Below the pieces are notes generated by a model. The model had not been told where the DNA came from. It saw only the letters and a program-made list of their open reading frames with translations, and searched no databases. From an uncultured Candidatus Poseidoniales archaeon (GTDB lineage: Archaea > Thermoplasmatota > Poseidoniia > Poseidoniales > Poseidoniaceae), in assembly GCA_905182715.1 (NCBI GenBank), contig CAJJCP010000015.1, positions 11,170 through 75,169 on the forward strand: 64,000 bases of DNA. The letters are read 5' to 3'. The translations under genes were made by a program, and so were the position numbers. The stretch's first letter is position 1; each line of letters opens with the position of its first letter. Below, one piece after another: positions 62,979-64,000 of this stretch.

Positions 62979-64000
62979 TCAAGCCTCTTCGATTCGAATC
63001 AGTCTCGTTGTTCTGAAACCTTGCAATATTTTGATAAAACGTTTGGCTTGGAATACTTGGTCGAGTTCAACTTCGCCCGTATCGATGCGAACAGCATTGA
63101 GTCCAATCAATTTCGCAGGCGTGGCTACACCGAGAATGTTGTCAATACCAATCATACGCAAAACGTCGGGGGAGAGTTGAAGATTTCCGCGCCCGATGAG
63201 GAAACCTTGTCCACCCATAGGAGAAAGTAGCAGTAAACATGGCCGCTGCTCACCCTTTTCATCGACATGATGAGAGATCGTTTGGAGAAGTTGTTGTTCA
63301 TTCAAATCACTGAAAAGTTGACGCTTTCCATTTTCAACGGGCCCAAGAACATCAATTCCAAGTAAGGTGAGTTCCTCTCCACAAAAGTCACCCATTCGAC
63401 GTAATGTCCCACCGCTTCCCCAAATAACCATTAAATCTGGCTGGTCTTGAAGCAGTGATTGAACATGATTAGCAAGTCCTTCGATGGTGTCGGATTCACT
63501 TGTTCGTTCGACCTGTTCCTTTGCCCCTTGCATGAATCGAGGACTGGAAGGGGTCCACGCCTCTCCATACATCCGAACCTTCCACACGCCTTCTTGGTAA
63601 ACTTCTTCATCCAAATCCATAACTTCGGTAATGGCACATCGCAAATCCCCGATAAGGAACGCTAAGGTGACTTCAGCAGCAGCTTTTGGCGTAGTTGCAA
63701 AACAACCCGAATGCATCTTTACTCCGCCAGGGACGCCGATAAGTGGAATTTCTTGTGCTTCTTTGTTGATGCTCTCAAGTGTGTTTGCGATATCCCGAGT
63801 TGTGCCATCTCCACCAGCGTAGAGAATGGCTTCAGCACCTGCATCGACAAGTGCCGCAACCAGTTGACCTGTTTCAGTCACTGAAGTTTCTTTGGGAGTT
63901 TCTCCAATCTCTGTAAAAAACATTTTTTCATTTGCTGAAGGTACCCAAGCACCACCCATTCGTCCCTTCCAACCGATGCATTCGAGTTCTACATTGGAAC
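62979..64000 (-). CDS. ATP-NAD kinase-like protein (COG3199-type), 5' end beyond the window
   Basis: LYAGGDGTTRDI is the GGDGT motif. The frame stays open upstream of the listed ATG (63959) to the window edge, reading ..SNVELECIGWKGRMGGAW. Confidence 0.6.
   Translation of the reverse strand, partial: SNVELECIGWKGRMGGAWVPSANEKMFFTEIGETPKETSVTETGQLVAALVDAGAEAILYAGGDGTTRDIANTLESINKEAQEIPLIGVPGGVKMHSGCFATTPKAAAEVTLAFLIGDLRCAITEVMDLDEEVYQEGVWKVRMYGEAWTPSSPRFMQGAKEQVERTSESDTIEGLANHVQSLLQDQPDLMVIWGSGGTLRRMGDFCGEELTLLGIDVLGPVENGKRQLFSDLNEQQLLQTISHHVDEKGEQRPCLLLLSPMGGQGFLIGRGNLQLSPDVLRMIGIDNILGVATPAKLIGLNAVRIDTGEVELDQVFQAKRFIKILQGFRTTRLIRIEEA

Noticed and set aside
1-64000. Prophage, plasmid-derived island or defence island
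   Set aside because: I recognised no integrase, transposase, terminase, capsid, restriction-modification, Cas or toxin-antitoxin genes. The single DUF2493/SLOG gene is not sufficient evidence.

Overview
Both strands are densely coding. I read the window as a chromosomal fragment of an uncultivated marine euryarchaeon, possibly Marine Group II/III-like. That placement is inference from gene content only. The archaeal markers are Holliday-junction resolvase Hjc, a thermosome, chromatin protein MC1, a DacZ-type diadenylate cyclase, a Sec11-type signal peptidase and a TBP-fold protein. They sit beside bacterial-type DnaK and HMG-CoA synthase and several giant secreted, membrane-anchored proteins. 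Housekeeping genes include sdhC-like/A/B, accC, pyrG, tdh, an M50 site-2 protease and an M28 peptidase. Many starts have a GGTG/GGAGG Shine-Dalgarno-like motif 4-9 nt upstream. I found no rRNA, tRNA, CRISPR array, transposase or integrase. The main result is a ~10.7 kb co-directional cluster at 41077-51816. It encodes a complete ACP-dependent type-I FAS/PKS-like megasynthase: FabI, then KS-AT, then KS-ACPx4-KR-DH, then an Sfp-type PPTase. This resembles bacterial pfa/hgl secondary-lipid synthases and is unexpected in an archaeal neighbourhood. All four tandem carrier domains carry Thr where the phosphopantetheine-accepting Ser normally sits. The 5' half of the cluster and the surface-protein gene just upstream are broken by many frameshifts, almost all in the +1 direction, and by in-frame TAG codons. 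A second large surface-protein gene (11225-16486) is split by two frameshifts. These breaks are either real gene decay or sequencing/assembly errors, and the sequence alone cannot decide. One >1448 aa minus-strand ORF (1-4346) is missing from the supplied ORF track because it has no stop inside the window.
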